Below are positions 36,881 through 46,770 of a stretch of DNA of 64,000 bases, piece by piece; the first letter of the stretch is position 1, and each line of letters opens with the position of its first letter. The stretch covers positions 224,001-288,000 of the forward strand of contig CAWDRG010000009.1 of the NCBI GenBank assembly GCA_963804645.1, read 5' to 3'. The position numbers and the translations under genes are program-made. The DNA is from an uncultured Bacillota bacterium (GTDB lineage Bacteria; Sysuimicrobiota; Sysuimicrobiia; Sysuimicrobiales; Segetimicrobiaceae). The notes beneath the pieces are model-generated. The model saw nothing but the letters and a program-made list of their open reading frames with translations, had not been told where the DNA came from and searched no databases.

Positions 36881-37692
36881 AGCGGCCCAACGTGCGTCTG
36901 GTCGTCGCGGGGTCGCTGCTGCTGCTGCTGTGCGGCGGGGCCGTCCTCGCGCCGTGGCTCGCGCCGGCCCCGCCGCTCGAGATGGGGTCGGCGCTGCTCG
37001 CCGGCCCGTCCCCGGCGCACCCGCTCGGGACCGACTCGTTCGGACGGGACACCTTGTCGCGCCTGCTCTACGGCGCCCGCGTCTCGCTCGCGATCTCGCT
37101 CTCGTCGGTCCTGATCGCGTCGGCGGCCGGCACCCTGCTCGGGCTCGCCAGCGCGACGTACCGAGGGGCCGTCGAGTGGTCGGCGATGCGGTTCGTCGAT
37201 CTGATCCTCGCGTTTCCTCCGATCCTGCTCGCGATCGCCGCGGTGACGTTTCTCGGGTCGGGGCTCGCCAAGCTCGTGATCGTCATCGCGATCCTGTACA
37301 TCCCGAGCTTCGCCCGGCTGTCGTACGGCAGCGCGCTCGGGGTCGTCCAGCGTGAATATCTCGAGGCCGCGCGCGCGCTCGGCGCCTCCGTCTGGCATCA
37401 GATGCGGCTGCACATCCTGCCGAACATCGCCGGCCCGCTGATCGTGCAGGCCTCGCTGTCCGCCGGGTTCGCGATCGTCGTCGAGTCGGGGCTGAGCTTT
37501 CTCGGGCTCGGCGTGCTGCCGCCGGCGCCGACGTGGGGGCGCATGGTCAGCGAGAGCCGCAACTACATGCAGCTGGCACCGCTCTTGCTCCTGTGGCCCT
37601 CGCTCGCGATCGCCTTCGCCGTGGGATCGTTCAACATGCTGGGCGACGGGCTGCGCGACGCGCTGGACCCCAGGACGATCACCCGCACGTAG
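36877..37692 (+). CDS. DppC/OppC-type ABC permease
   Basis: HPLGTDSFGRD, EYLEAARALGA and GDGLRDALDP motifs. GTGA coupling with the upstream gene. Confidence 0.93.
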   Translation: MKRPNVRLVVAGSLLLLLCGGAVLAPWLAPAPPLEMGSALLAGPSPAHPLGTDSFGRDTLSRLLYGARVSLAISLSSVLIASAAGTLLGLASATYRGAVEWSAMRFVDLILAFPPILLAIAAVTFLGSGLAKLVIVIAILYIPSFARLSYGSALGVVQREYLEAARALGASVWHQMRLHILPNIAGPLIVQASLSAGFAIVVESGLSFLGLGVLPPAPTWGRMVSESRNYMQLAPLLLLWPSLAIAFAVGSFNMLGDGLRDALDPRTITRT

Positions 37693-37876
37693 GGCCGCAG
37701 CACCCCGGATCGCGCCGCGGTCGCGGCGTGCCGCGACCCGTCCCACCGCGACGGTATGTTCCCATTGGCCGCCGGCCTCGGATCCTCAGCGTAGTACTTT
37801 CGGGGCAGGGGACGGCTCCCGGGTGGGTCGGAAGTCCGATGGACGGTGAGGCCGGTGGGTTCTATGCTTGAGACCC

Positions 37877-38671
37877 ATGACGTCGCACGACTGCACGGTG
37901 GGGGGCACGAGCGCACCGAGCAACCGGGTGACGGAGGACGAATGCGTGCAACTGCTCGATGAAGTGGTCGCGAGCACTCGCGCCGGACAGATGGCGGTGC
38001 GAGATTTGACCGAGGATGAGGTCGCGCTGGTTCGGGGGCTCGCGGAGCCCTCTCCGTCGGCGGCCGTGGTACCTGCGCCTCCCCGCGGGCCACGGCCGTC
38101 GGCGTGGGAATTCGTGCGCACGAACGACGTCACGCTTGAGGGCTGGTCGCGCGCATTGGAGTTCCGGGACCGGGAAACCGACGGGCACGCGCGGCGGGTC
38201 ACGGAGCTCACGCTGCATCTCGCCAAGCTCCTCGACATCCCCGAGGACGAGCGCATCCACATCCGCCGCGGCGCGCTGCTGCACGATATCGGCAAGATGG
38301 CGATCCCCGACAGCATCCTGCTCAAACCCGGCGCGCTGACCCAGCGGGAATGGGATACGATGCGCCTGCACCCGGTCTACGCCTACGAGCTGCTCTCGCC
38401 GATCGCCCATCTGCGGCCGGCGCTCGACATCCCCTACTGCCACCACGAACGCTGGGACGGCTCAGGGTATCCCCGCGGCCTGCAGGGCGAGGAAGTCCCG
38501 CTCTCGGCCCGCGTCTTCATGCTGGCGGACGTCTGGGACGCGCTCCGGTCGAACCGCCCGTACCGGCTGGCGTGGCCCGGCCCCCGGACCGCGGAGTTCA
38601 TCCAGGGAAACGCCGGGAGGCTGTTCGACCCGGAGATCGTGAAGATCTTCCTGCCGCTCGTTCCCTACTGA
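37877..38671 (+). CDS. HD-GYP cyclic-dinucleotide phosphodiesterase domain protein
   Basis: TDGHARRV, LHDIGK, HHERWDGSGYP and DVWDAL..RPY motifs. Confidence 0.92.
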   Translation: MTSHDCTVGGTSAPSNRVTEDECVQLLDEVVASTRAGQMAVRDLTEDEVALVRGLAEPSPSAAVVPAPPRGPRPSAWEFVRTNDVTLEGWSRALEFRDRETDGHARRVTELTLHLAKLLDIPEDERIHIRRGALLHDIGKMAIPDSILLKPGALTQREWDTMRLHPVYAYELLSPIAHLRPALDIPYCHHERWDGSGYPRGLQGEEVPLSARVFMLADVWDALRSNRPYRLAWPGPRTAEFIQGNAGRLFDPEIVKIFLPLVPY

Positions 38672-38721
38672 GCCCGGCACCCACGCAGCGCTTGCACGCC
38701 TGTGCTACAATCTATCGTGCT

Positions 38722-39465
38722 GTGACGACGCGGTACTGCGCGCAGTGCGAAATTGCCATGGAGCCGTTCTTCGACTCCACGTGCGAAGCCCCGGTGGCCT
38801 GGCTGTGCCAGGGCTGCCGCAGCGTGCAGATGGACGTCGAGCGCGTCAGCCTCTCCCCAGAGGCGCAGTTGGAGTTGTCGGGGCTGGAGGCGTTTCTCCG
38901 GACCTCGGGCTCGGGCACGTCGCCAGAGGTCAGCCGCGCGCGCGCACGCGCGCGTGTGACCGCCGCGGGCATCCGCGAGATCCCGGTCGACGTGGAGCGC
39001 ATCGCCGAACACTGCGGCTATCCGGTCCAGGACCGCTCGCTCGCCGCCGGCCAGCGCGGCACGATCGCCCGCGACGGAGACCACACCATCATCGTCATCA
39101 ATCGCGACCGGCCGGGCCAAACGCCGGCCGAACGCCGGTGGATCGTGGCCGAGGAACTCGGCCACGCCTTGCTCGAGCACACGACCCTGGTCGCCAGCAG
39201 CGCGCCCGGCGGGGCGCCGACGATGCTCGAGCCGCGGCGCCGCACCGAAGAGCGTGAAGCCAAGGAGTTCGCCGCCGAGATCCTGATGCCCGAGGAGAAG
39301 GTCCGGGGACGGTTCGCTGAAATGGCGCCCCGCATCTACCGCACGCTGGGCCTGCGCCAGCGCGAGACCGAGACCGGCGAGGTCGTGGTGACGCTGGCGC
39401 GCATGTTCGGGGTCACGCCCACGGCGATGCGGGTGCGTCTCGAGGAGCTCGAGCTCGTCCGCTGA
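38722..39465 (+). CDS. Zn-ribbon plus ImmA/IrrE-like metallopeptidase-fold protein (HEXXH altered)
   Basis: CAQC..CQGC N-terminus, IPVDVERIA, RRWIVAEELGH, EREAKEFAAEILMP and LARMFGVT HTH-like tail. Confidence 0.82.
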   Translation: MTTRYCAQCEIAMEPFFDSTCEAPVAWLCQGCRSVQMDVERVSLSPEAQLELSGLEAFLRTSGSGTSPEVSRARARARVTAAGIREIPVDVERIAEHCGYPVQDRSLAAGQRGTIARDGDHTIIVINRDRPGQTPAERRWIVAEELGHALLEHTTLVASSAPGGAPTMLEPRRRTEEREAKEFAAEILMPEEKVRGRFAEMAPRIYRTLGLRQRETETGEVVVTLARMFGVTPTAMRVRLEELELVR

Positions 39466-39492
39466 CGGCCGCCCGTTGGCCGCACAGATATG

Positions 39493-39528
39493 ACACCGCC
39501 CGTCCGGCCGGTGCCGGACGGGCGGTGT
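39493..39528. terminator. Hairpin between convergent genes
   Basis: Perfect 16-bp stem acaccgcccgtccggc/gccggacgggcggtgt with a 4-nt loop. Confidence 0.7.
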
Positions 39529-39552
39529 GCTAGTCCATCGAAACGCTCGCGG

Positions 39553-40908
39553 CTAGGCGGCCCTCCAGGCGCGGGCGAACCACAGCCAGGCCGTGCCGAC
39601 CGCGTGCAGCGCCGCTTCCAGCTGCGGATCCTGTCCGTGCTCCATGTCCTCGGCCGTGAACTTGACCGGGACGTTCGGGGTGATGCCGACCGCTTCCACC
39701 TGCAGGTTCTTCGGGGTCAGGATCCGCTCGACGGTCACCGACATGCCGCCGTCGGGCAGACGCGCCGTGATGGATCCCCCAAGCGCGCCCGCCGTCTTGT
39801 CGCCCACGATCGTCGCCCGCTGATAGTCCTTGAACGCGCCGGTAAGGATCTCGGACGCCGACGCGCTGGACGCGTCCACGACCACCGCCATCGGCACGTC
39901 GAGCAGCATGGCGAGCCCCGAGGTCATCAGCGTGCTCGCCGCCTGGCCCCGCTCGTGGATGCGCGCGAGGATCGTGTTCGGCGGCATGAAGATCCCACCC
40001 ACGCTCGCCGCCTCCGTGATCAAGCCGCCCGGATTGCCGCGCAGGTCCAGGATCACCGAGTGAATCGGGCCCTGCGACTGGAGGCCCTGAATCGCCTCGC
40101 GGAGCTGCTGCCCGGTCCCCTCCGTGAACTCGAAGATCTTCAGGTACGCGACGCCCGGAGCGGCGAAGTTCGCCTCCACCTTGATTTCCTTGATCGGGGC
40201 GCGCGTCACCGCGATCTGCAGCGTCTGCGTCCCGCGTTGCACCGTGATGTTCGCGACCGTCCCCGCCGGGCCGCGGATCAATGTGCTCGCGTCTTCCGCG
40301 GTCTTATTCACCAGGGACTGTCCGTTGACGGTGACGATGCGGTCGAACCGCTTGATGCCCGCCTGGGCCGCCGGAGAATCGGGGAACACGTTTTCGACGA
40401 ACACGTAGGCGGTCCCGCTCGTGTCCTTTTGGGCCGTGATAACGACGCCGATCCCGGTGAACGTCGGGTTGCCGAACAACTGCACTCGGCTCTCCTCATA
40501 CGTCTTCGGGTCCATGAAGTAGGTATGGCTGTCACGCAGCGAGAGCAGCATCCCCTGCGTCGCGACGTACGCGAGCTGGGTCTCCGGCATGGCCTGCGTC
40601 TCCGCCGCCCGCGAGAACTCCGACACGAACTGCGCGTCGGCCACCGCCTCCGGCGTGCCCTGCGTGACGTCCGGCAGCATGTCGGGGCTCTCGTTCGTCG
40701 CCTTTCTGAGCGTCGCCACGGCCGCGTTCAGGAGCGGGATCGGCTGGACCGGATCCACGTAGTCCTGCTCCAGCACCCGCAGCGCGGCGACGACGAGCGA
40801 TCCGTCGGCCGCAGACGCGCGCGGCACTTCGGTGAACGGTATCAACAAGAGCAGAACGGCGAGCAGGCCCGCCAGGTACGTGCGCAGTGCTGCGCGTTGC
40901 TGCGTCAT
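39553..40908 (-). CDS. S41A C-terminal processing peptidase (CtpA-like, PDZ)
   Basis: FTGIGV, PDZ (DSPAAQAGI), ILDLRGNPGG and SASASEI motifs. Confidence 0.92.
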   Translation of the reverse strand: MTQQRAALRTYLAGLLAVLLLLIPFTEVPRASAADGSLVVAALRVLEQDYVDPVQPIPLLNAAVATLRKATNESPDMLPDVTQGTPEAVADAQFVSEFSRAAETQAMPETQLAYVATQGMLLSLRDSHTYFMDPKTYEESRVQLFGNPTFTGIGVVITAQKDTSGTAYVFVENVFPDSPAAQAGIKRFDRIVTVNGQSLVNKTAEDASTLIRGPAGTVANITVQRGTQTLQIAVTRAPIKEIKVEANFAAPGVAYLKIFEFTEGTGQQLREAIQGLQSQGPIHSVILDLRGNPGGLITEAASVGGIFMPPNTILARIHERGQAASTLMTSGLAMLLDVPMAVVVDASSASASEILTGAFKDYQRATIVGDKTAGALGGSITARLPDGGMSVTVERILTPKNLQVEAVGITPNVPVKFTAEDMEHGQDPQLEAALHAVGTAWLWFARAWRAA

Positions 40909-41242
40909 CTCTCACACACTCCTCGATCGCCGTCCTCACTCGACGCTTTCCCACAATTTCGACCATCATACCACAGCGATAACCGGCGCGAAAAGTTCCG
41001 GACGCCGACCGGGACGGACCACCCGAGGTGGTCCGCACGAGTGTATGAACGACACGATCGGGCCAAATGTTCCCGCGCGCGGTGGCGCGCGCCGCCCGTC
41101 CGTCATCGAACTCTTCTGTACCCATTTTCTGTCCGGCACAGGCGCGCGGCGCTGGACCGCCGGGGGCGCCGACGGCCGGCGGGTCTCGAACACCCGCCGG
41201 CCGCAGGAACTGCGCCGACCGTTTATCCCATCAGGGTCGATG

Positions 41243-42771
41243 TCAGGGAGTCGGCTCCCCGGTCATCGGGTCCAGGACGTACGTCCCGGGGCGCTGCGCG
41301 CTCGCGAACGCGAACATGTTGATGAGCGAGCCCGCCACCGCATCCATGGACTGATCGCCGATCTCGCCGAGATTCCAATTGTCCTCGACGAACTTCAGAA
41401 TCGACGACTGATCCGTCAGCGAGTGGTCGACGAAGTTCGACTTGGCCCACATCGAGATCACGAACAGGGGCAGGCGCGGGCCGTAGCCGCACCGGGTGTT
41501 GTAGGCGCCCGGCGCAAGCTTGCCGCAGTTCCCGGGCCCGGCGAGAAAGTCGTTCACGGGGTCGTGCGAGGCGCTGACGACCGGCGCGATGACGTGATCG
41601 TACCAGCCGTCGGAGTCGTCCCAGTTGATGATCACCGCGGTGCTGGACCACGTGGGCAGCCGCATCAGATGGTTGATCGTCTCCACGAGGAAGTGCTGCT
41701 CGTCGAGCGGATCGGAGTAGCCCGCGTGGCCGTCCTGATACGCGCCCGCCTTCAGGTAGCTGACCGCGGGCAGGTTGCCCGAGTCGGCCGCGGCCCAGAA
41801 GTCGAGGAGATCGTACTGGTGGTTCGCCTGGTCGGTCCGGCCGATCATCGCGACCGAGGTCGGCGGCAGGTGATGCGGGTTGGCCGTGGACGTGTAGTAC
41901 TGGAAGGGTTCGTGGTGCTGGATGTAATCCACCACGTTGGCGCCGCCGATGTTCTTGTGCGCGGCGCCGCAGACGGCCTTCACGGTCGTGCTCGGCTGGT
42001 TCGTCGGGCGAAACCCGCCCTCGAAGAATCCCCAGGTGATGTTCTTCGCGTTCAGGAGGTCGCCGACGTTTTTCCCGCTCATCGCGACCGTGGTGCCGAC
42101 CGAACAGTCATCGTACGTGGGGTCGGCGTCCGAGAAGATCGTGCCGCCGGCCACTTTGTTCGGCACGCTCGCCGGCGTGGCCCCGTGCGTCAGCCCCGAG
42201 ATGAGGTTGAGCGCGCCCGGCGTGGACGGGCCGTAGGTGGTGTTGAAGGAATAGTCGCTCATCGCGAAGTGCTGCGCGTAATTCCACAACGCCGTGACGG
42301 TGTTGCCGTCGTAGTAGGCCATCACCGAGCCGCGATCGCAGCCCGGCGCCATGGCGCCGGTCTCCTCCACGAACCGATCCATCAGCCCGCCGTCGGCCGC
42401 CCGCTGCTCCGCCGCGTAGTCGTGATCCATGTCGCAGGTGAGCGCCTGCGCCCGTCCGAGGCGGTACGGCTGGCGCGAATTGAGATTCTGGGTCAGGAGC
42501 GCCGGCGTCAGCCCGTTGACCGTCGGCGTCCCCTGTGCCGCGTGGAACGCGGGTTCGCCGGACGGGTTCATGGCGTTCGGGTAGGTGGCGAAGTAGTGGT
42601 CGAACGAGACGTTCTCCTGGAAAATCACCACGACATGCTTGATCGGCGTGCTGGTGATCAGGTTCGGATCCGTCTCGGCGCACCGACGGGGTTCACGGTT
42701 CCCCCGGCGATCATCACCACGAGCGCCGCGACGCCGGACAGCGCGGCGGCCGCGCGAGCGAATCGCTTCAT
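41243..42771 (-). CDS. Secreted phospholipase C / phosphoesterase family protein, frameshift near 42680
   Basis: PIKHVVVIFQENVSFDHYF, GPSTPG, WDDSDGWYDH and GPRLPLFVIS motifs. ATG 42771 (SD AAGGAG) gives the signal peptide MKRFARAAAALSGVAALVVMIAGGTVNPVGA, which is out of frame with the mature domain. Confidence 0.9.
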
Positions 42772-42810
42772 ACACGCTCCTTTCAACTGCGATCGATTTC
42801 GTCCGAGCGC

Positions 42811-42853
42811 ACTATACCGAAGCCGCGTTAACGAAACGGGAGAATGCCGTTAA
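42811..42853 (-). promoter_or_regulatory. Pho-box-type promoter of the phospholipase C gene
   Basis: Minus strand: TTAAC (42853-42849) and TTAAC (42831-42827), 22 bp apart, then 10 nt, then -10 TATAGT (42816-42811). Confidence 0.75.
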
Positions 42854-42882
42854 GGTTGCCCGACGCGGCCTCCGGAGGCGCG

Positions 42883-43707
42883 TCACGGACTCCGGTCGAG
42901 GATCACGAGGGCCAGCACCGCCCGCCCGCCGCCCGACTGCGCCGACGGATCGGCGCCGGCGCGCACGATGCCGAAGCGCGTGAACCACCACGCGGGGCCG
43001 ACCCCGGTCCGCACCTCTTCCACGCCGTGGTGGGGCCGCCCGGTGCGCAGCGTCAGGTAGAAGCGCGACTCGGGCAAAAACAGCCGGTCCGCCGGCACGC
43101 CGATCGCCGCACTCTTCGGAAACCGCTCGGCCGCGGAGGCGGCCCGCCACCGCAGCACCGGCCCGCCGGCCTCCTCCTGCCACAGCAGCGCGTAGCCGCG
43201 CCACGTACCGGTGAGCAGCCACTGCCGCAGGGTGAGCCGGATCGGGGCCGAGAACCTGACCGCGAGGTCGCGCAGCCCGTCCATCGTGAGATCCGTCCGC
43301 GCCGCCGCGCTCCGGAACGGCCGCATCGGCAGCAGAATCTCCGCGGCGCCGACCTCCGCGAGGTCGGCGGCGGCGGACGCGCCGGACGGCACGAGCGCGC
43401 GCCCCAAGGCCAGCGCGACGGCCCCGTTCCACTGCGGGGTATGGGGTGGCATCGCGGCATCCACGGTCAGCGTCCATCGGGCATGCCCGGCCTCGGACGG
43501 CACGGCCTCCAGCCGCGCTCCCGATCCCGCCGCACCCGCCCGACGAATCGCGACCACGCCGCACCGTTCGGCACACCGCTCCGGTGGAAACGGCGGACGA
43601 GCCGTCAGTTGCACGCGCGCCAGCGTGCGCGCGCGGCGCTGGACCTGCGCGACGAGCGAGGCGACCACGGATGCCGCTTCGGCCCGCGCGCGGCACCGCC
43701 CTCTCAC
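42883..43707 (-). CDS. Degenerate ImmA/IrrE-like protein (no HEXXH; start uncertain)
   Basis: PPFPPERCAERCGV, VALALGRAL at the AHELGH position, AEVGAAEILLP, LRDLAVRF HTH-like segment and a C-terminal extra domain. Confidence 0.6.
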   Translation of the reverse strand: MRGRCRARAEAASVVASLVAQVQRRARTLARVQLTARPPFPPERCAERCGVVAIRRAGAAGSGARLEAVPSEAGHARWTLTVDAAMPPHTPQWNGAVALALGRALVPSGASAAADLAEVGAAEILLPMRPFRSAAARTDLTMDGLRDLAVRFSAPIRLTLRQWLLTGTWRGYALLWQEEAGGPVLRWRAASAAERFPKSAAIGVPADRLFLPESRFYLTLRTGRPHHGVEEVRTGVGPAWWFTRFGIVRAGADPSAQSGGGRAVLALVILDRSP

Positions 43708-43785
43708 CCGGCCCGGGAATGACTGGGAAGCGCGGTGAACCCTTCGTGAGGGCCGGCGGGACCGGCACCGCGCGGAGGCGGAACG

Positions 43786-44265
43786 ATGTCACGGTCGCTG
43801 CTCGTGTTCTGGCTGGGAGTCGCGGTGGCGTTCGGCATCGTGGCGCTCAGCGCGTCGGCCACCACCTTCGAAGCGGGGCTCAGCCCCTCGGACAACGGCA
43901 TCACGCTGATCCAGCGCGCCGACGGCAGCGTGCTGAGCGAGCTCATTCCGACCGGGCTCACCATCGGGTCCGTGCGCTTCACCAAGCACAGCTGGGGCAT
44001 CCTGACGTCGTACCGCGACGAAGTCTCACTGATCGCCGCGGGGCTCGCGCGGGCGTCCGGCCAGCCCTTCAACCTTCGCATCACGCTGACGATGCCCGGG
44101 TCGGTGACCGGCACGAACGCGACCGGGCGCCAGGGCGGGGCGCTCCTGTGGGTCGTCTCGCCCACCGACACCTCGTTGTGGGCGGAATCGCGCGCCGTCA
44201 ACTGGCCGGTCCTGAGCCTGTTCGCGGCCGCCGCCGTGGTGTCGTGGTGGCTGGCGCGGAGATAA
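43786..44265 (+). CDS. Hypothetical exported protein with C-terminal membrane anchor
   Basis: SD GGAGG, signal-like N-terminus, ITLTMPGSVTGTNAT...LLW, C-terminal TM followed by RR. Confidence 0.7.
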   Translation: MSRSLLVFWLGVAVAFGIVALSASATTFEAGLSPSDNGITLIQRADGSVLSELIPTGLTIGSVRFTKHSWGILTSYRDEVSLIAAGLARASGQPFNLRITLTMPGSVTGTNATGRQGGALLWVVSPTDTSLWAESRAVNWPVLSLFAAAAVVSWWLARR

Positions 44266-44311
44266 GCGTCGGTTCCAGGGACGCGGCGCGCGCGCCGCGA
44301 ACTCCTACGCG

Positions 44312-45985
44312 GTGATGCTGCTCTTCGTCTGGCTCGGCGATCTCCTGTCCAACGCGTGGTTCGTCCTGCGCAATCTCGCGGCCGCGGTGGGCAGGCCGCG
44401 TGGGATGTACGTCCTGCTGGAGCTGCGCGGTCCCTACCCCGAACACAGCGTCCCCCGGCCGTGGTGGATCCGGCGCCGCCCCGAGACCGTGGACGAGGTG
44501 CGGCGCCGGCTCGAGTTGATCGGCGCGGACCGCGCGGCGGCCGGCGTCGTCGTGATGCTGGGTGACGTCGAGGCCGGACTGGCATCGGTCCAGAGCCTGC
44601 GGGCGGCGCTCGCCGCGTGCCGCGCGGCGGGCAAGCGCGTGATCGTCTACCTCACGCACGCCTCGACCCGCCTGTACTATCTCGCGAGCGCGGCCGACGC
44701 GGTGGTGATGCCGGAGAGCGGCACCCTCGACCTCGTCGGGGTCACACTGGAAGCCACGTTTCTCGGCGACACGCTCGAGCGGCTCGGGATCGCGGGCGAG
44801 TTCGAGCGGATCGCCGAGTACAAGAGCGCGATCGAGCCGTTCACGCGCAACGCCATGTCCGAGGCGATGCGGGAGGCGCTGAACGCCGTGCTCGACTCGG
44901 TCTTCGACGACCTCGTCGGTGAGATCGCCCGTGCGCGCGGCCTCGATCCCGACGCGGTGCGCCGCCTGATCAACGAAGCGCCCCTGTCCGCGCGCGCGGC
45001 GGCGGACGCCGCGCTCGTCGATGCGGTCCTGTTCGAGGACGAACTGGCGGCCTATCTCGCCGGCGGCACCAGCCGGCACCCGGCGATCGTGCCGTGGCCC
45101 GCGGCGCGGCGGCGGCTGCGCCGGCCGCTGCGGTGGCGGGCCGGCGCACGCGCCATCGCCGTGATCTCCCTGCGCGGTCCGATCGTGATGGGGGAGAGCC
45201 GGAACCGGCTGCCGCTGTTCGGCGGCGCGACCACGGGCCACGCCACCGTGGCCAGGGCCGTGCGGGCCGTCGAGCGCAACCCGCTGTTCGGCGCGCTCGT
45301 CCTGTCGGTCGACTCCCCCGGCGGCTCCGCGCTCGCATCCGACCTCATCTGGCGCGAGATCGAGCGGATCGGACATCGCAAACCGGTCGTCGCGTTCTTC
45401 GGCAACGTCGCGGCCTCCGGCGGATACTACGTCGCCGCCTCCGCGCGGCGGATCGTCTGCCTCCCCGGCACCCTCACCGGGTCGATCGGGATCATCGCGG
45501 GCAAGTTCAACGTGCGCGGCCTCCTCGAGCGCCTCGGCGCGCACCGGGACATCCTCGCCCGGGGGGACGCGGCGACGATCACTTCGCCGTTCGTGCCGTT
45601 CTCGGCGGACGAGCGGCGCCGGCTCCGGACGCAGATGGACGAGACATACGCGCGGTTCGTCGACCGCGTCGCCCGGGGACGGCGCATGGCGCCCGACGCG
45701 GTGCGCGCCGTGGCCCGGGGCCGGGTGTGGACGGGCCGTCAGGCGAAGGAACGGGGGTTGGTGGACGCGCTCGGCGACTTTCCCGCGGCGGTCGACGCGG
45801 CGAAGGACCTGATGGGCGTCGCGCCCGCGCGCACGGTTCCGGTCGTGCACGTCCGGGCGCCGCGGGGCGCGGCGCGCCCGCCCGAGCACCCGATCGAGGC
45901 GCTGCGCGAGATGGCGGCGGGAGCCGGCGCGTTTCTCGAGGAACGCGTGCTCGCGCTCTTCCCGTGGGAGGTCTCGCTGCGGTGA
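44312..45985 (+). CDS. sppA: Signal peptide peptidase SppA (S49, long form)
   Basis: YYLASAAD, YKSAIEPF, VDSPGGS, AASGGYY, LTGSIG and GRVWTG motifs. Confidence 0.93.
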   Translation: MMLLFVWLGDLLSNAWFVLRNLAAAVGRPRGMYVLLELRGPYPEHSVPRPWWIRRRPETVDEVRRRLELIGADRAAAGVVVMLGDVEAGLASVQSLRAALAACRAAGKRVIVYLTHASTRLYYLASAADAVVMPESGTLDLVGVTLEATFLGDTLERLGIAGEFERIAEYKSAIEPFTRNAMSEAMREALNAVLDSVFDDLVGEIARARGLDPDAVRRLINEAPLSARAAADAALVDAVLFEDELAAYLAGGTSRHPAIVPWPAARRRLRRPLRWRAGARAIAVISLRGPIVMGESRNRLPLFGGATTGHATVARAVRAVERNPLFGALVLSVDSPGGSALASDLIWREIERIGHRKPVVAFFGNVAASGGYYVAASARRIVCLPGTLTGSIGIIAGKFNVRGLLERLGAHRDILARGDAATITSPFVPFSADERRRLRTQMDETYARFVDRVARGRRMAPDAVRAVARGRVWTGRQAKERGLVDALGDFPAAVDAAKDLMGVAPARTVPVVHVRAPRGAARPPEHPIEALREMAAGAGAFLEERVLALFPWEVSLR

Positions 45986-46770
45986 GTCAGCCGTGCGCGG
46001 CGCGCGCCACCATCCTCGCGAGCGGCAGCGCGGGAAACGCCATGCTCCTGGAGTCGGGTCCCCACCGTCTCCTCGTCGACGCGGGGCTGTCGGCGGAGGC
46101 GCTCGAACGCGCCCTCGCCCGTGTCGGGGTGGAGGCGGCCGCGCTCGAGGCGATCGTGCTCACCCATGAGCACGACGACCACGCGAGGGGCGCGGGCCCG
46201 CTCGCACGGGCGGCCGGCCTCCGGGTGTACGCGAACGCCGGCACGGCGGCCGGGGCGGCGGGAGCGCTCAGCGGCGTCGAGGTGACGACGTTCGAGCTGG
46301 AACAGCCATTCGCGATCGGCCCGTTCACCGCGACCGCGTTCCCCGTGCCGCACGACGCCGCGCAGCCGGTCGGCTTCAGGGTCGAGGTCGCGGGCCGGCG
46401 GATCGCGATCGCGACCGACCTCGGCAGCGCGGGGCGCCAGATGGATCCGTACCTCGCCGACGCCGACTTGGTGGTGCTGGAGAGCAACTACGACCTCGGG
46501 CTGCTGCACGTCAGCGCGTACCCGTGGTTCCTGAAGAACCGCATCCTGAGCGGCCGCGGCCACCTGAGCAACGACGACGCCGCGCGCGCGCTCGCGCGGA
46601 CCGCGGGACGGTCCCGGACAATCTGCCTGGTGCACCTCAGCGAGGCGAACAACCTCGCGGCGCTCGCCCGCGACACCGTACGGGCCGCGCTCGCCGCGGT
46701 GGGCCGCGGCGCGGACGCGATCCGGGCCGTGCCGCCGAACGGCTGGACCGATCCGATCGAGGTCGGATGA
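45982..46770 (+). CDS. MBL-fold metallohydrolase (YycJ/WalJ-like)
   Basis: LASGSAGNA, THEHDDH, PHDA, TDLG, LESNYD, GHLSN and HLS..N motifs. Confidence 0.92.
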   Translation: MSQPCAARATILASGSAGNAMLLESGPHRLLVDAGLSAEALERALARVGVEAAALEAIVLTHEHDDHARGAGPLARAAGLRVYANAGTAAGAAGALSGVEVTTFELEQPFAIGPFTATAFPVPHDAAQPVGFRVEVAGRRIAIATDLGSAGRQMDPYLADADLVVLESNYDLGLLHVSAYPWFLKNRILSGRGHLSNDDAARALARTAGRSRTICLVHLSEANNLAALARDTVRAALAAVGRGADAIRAVPPNGWTDPIEVG

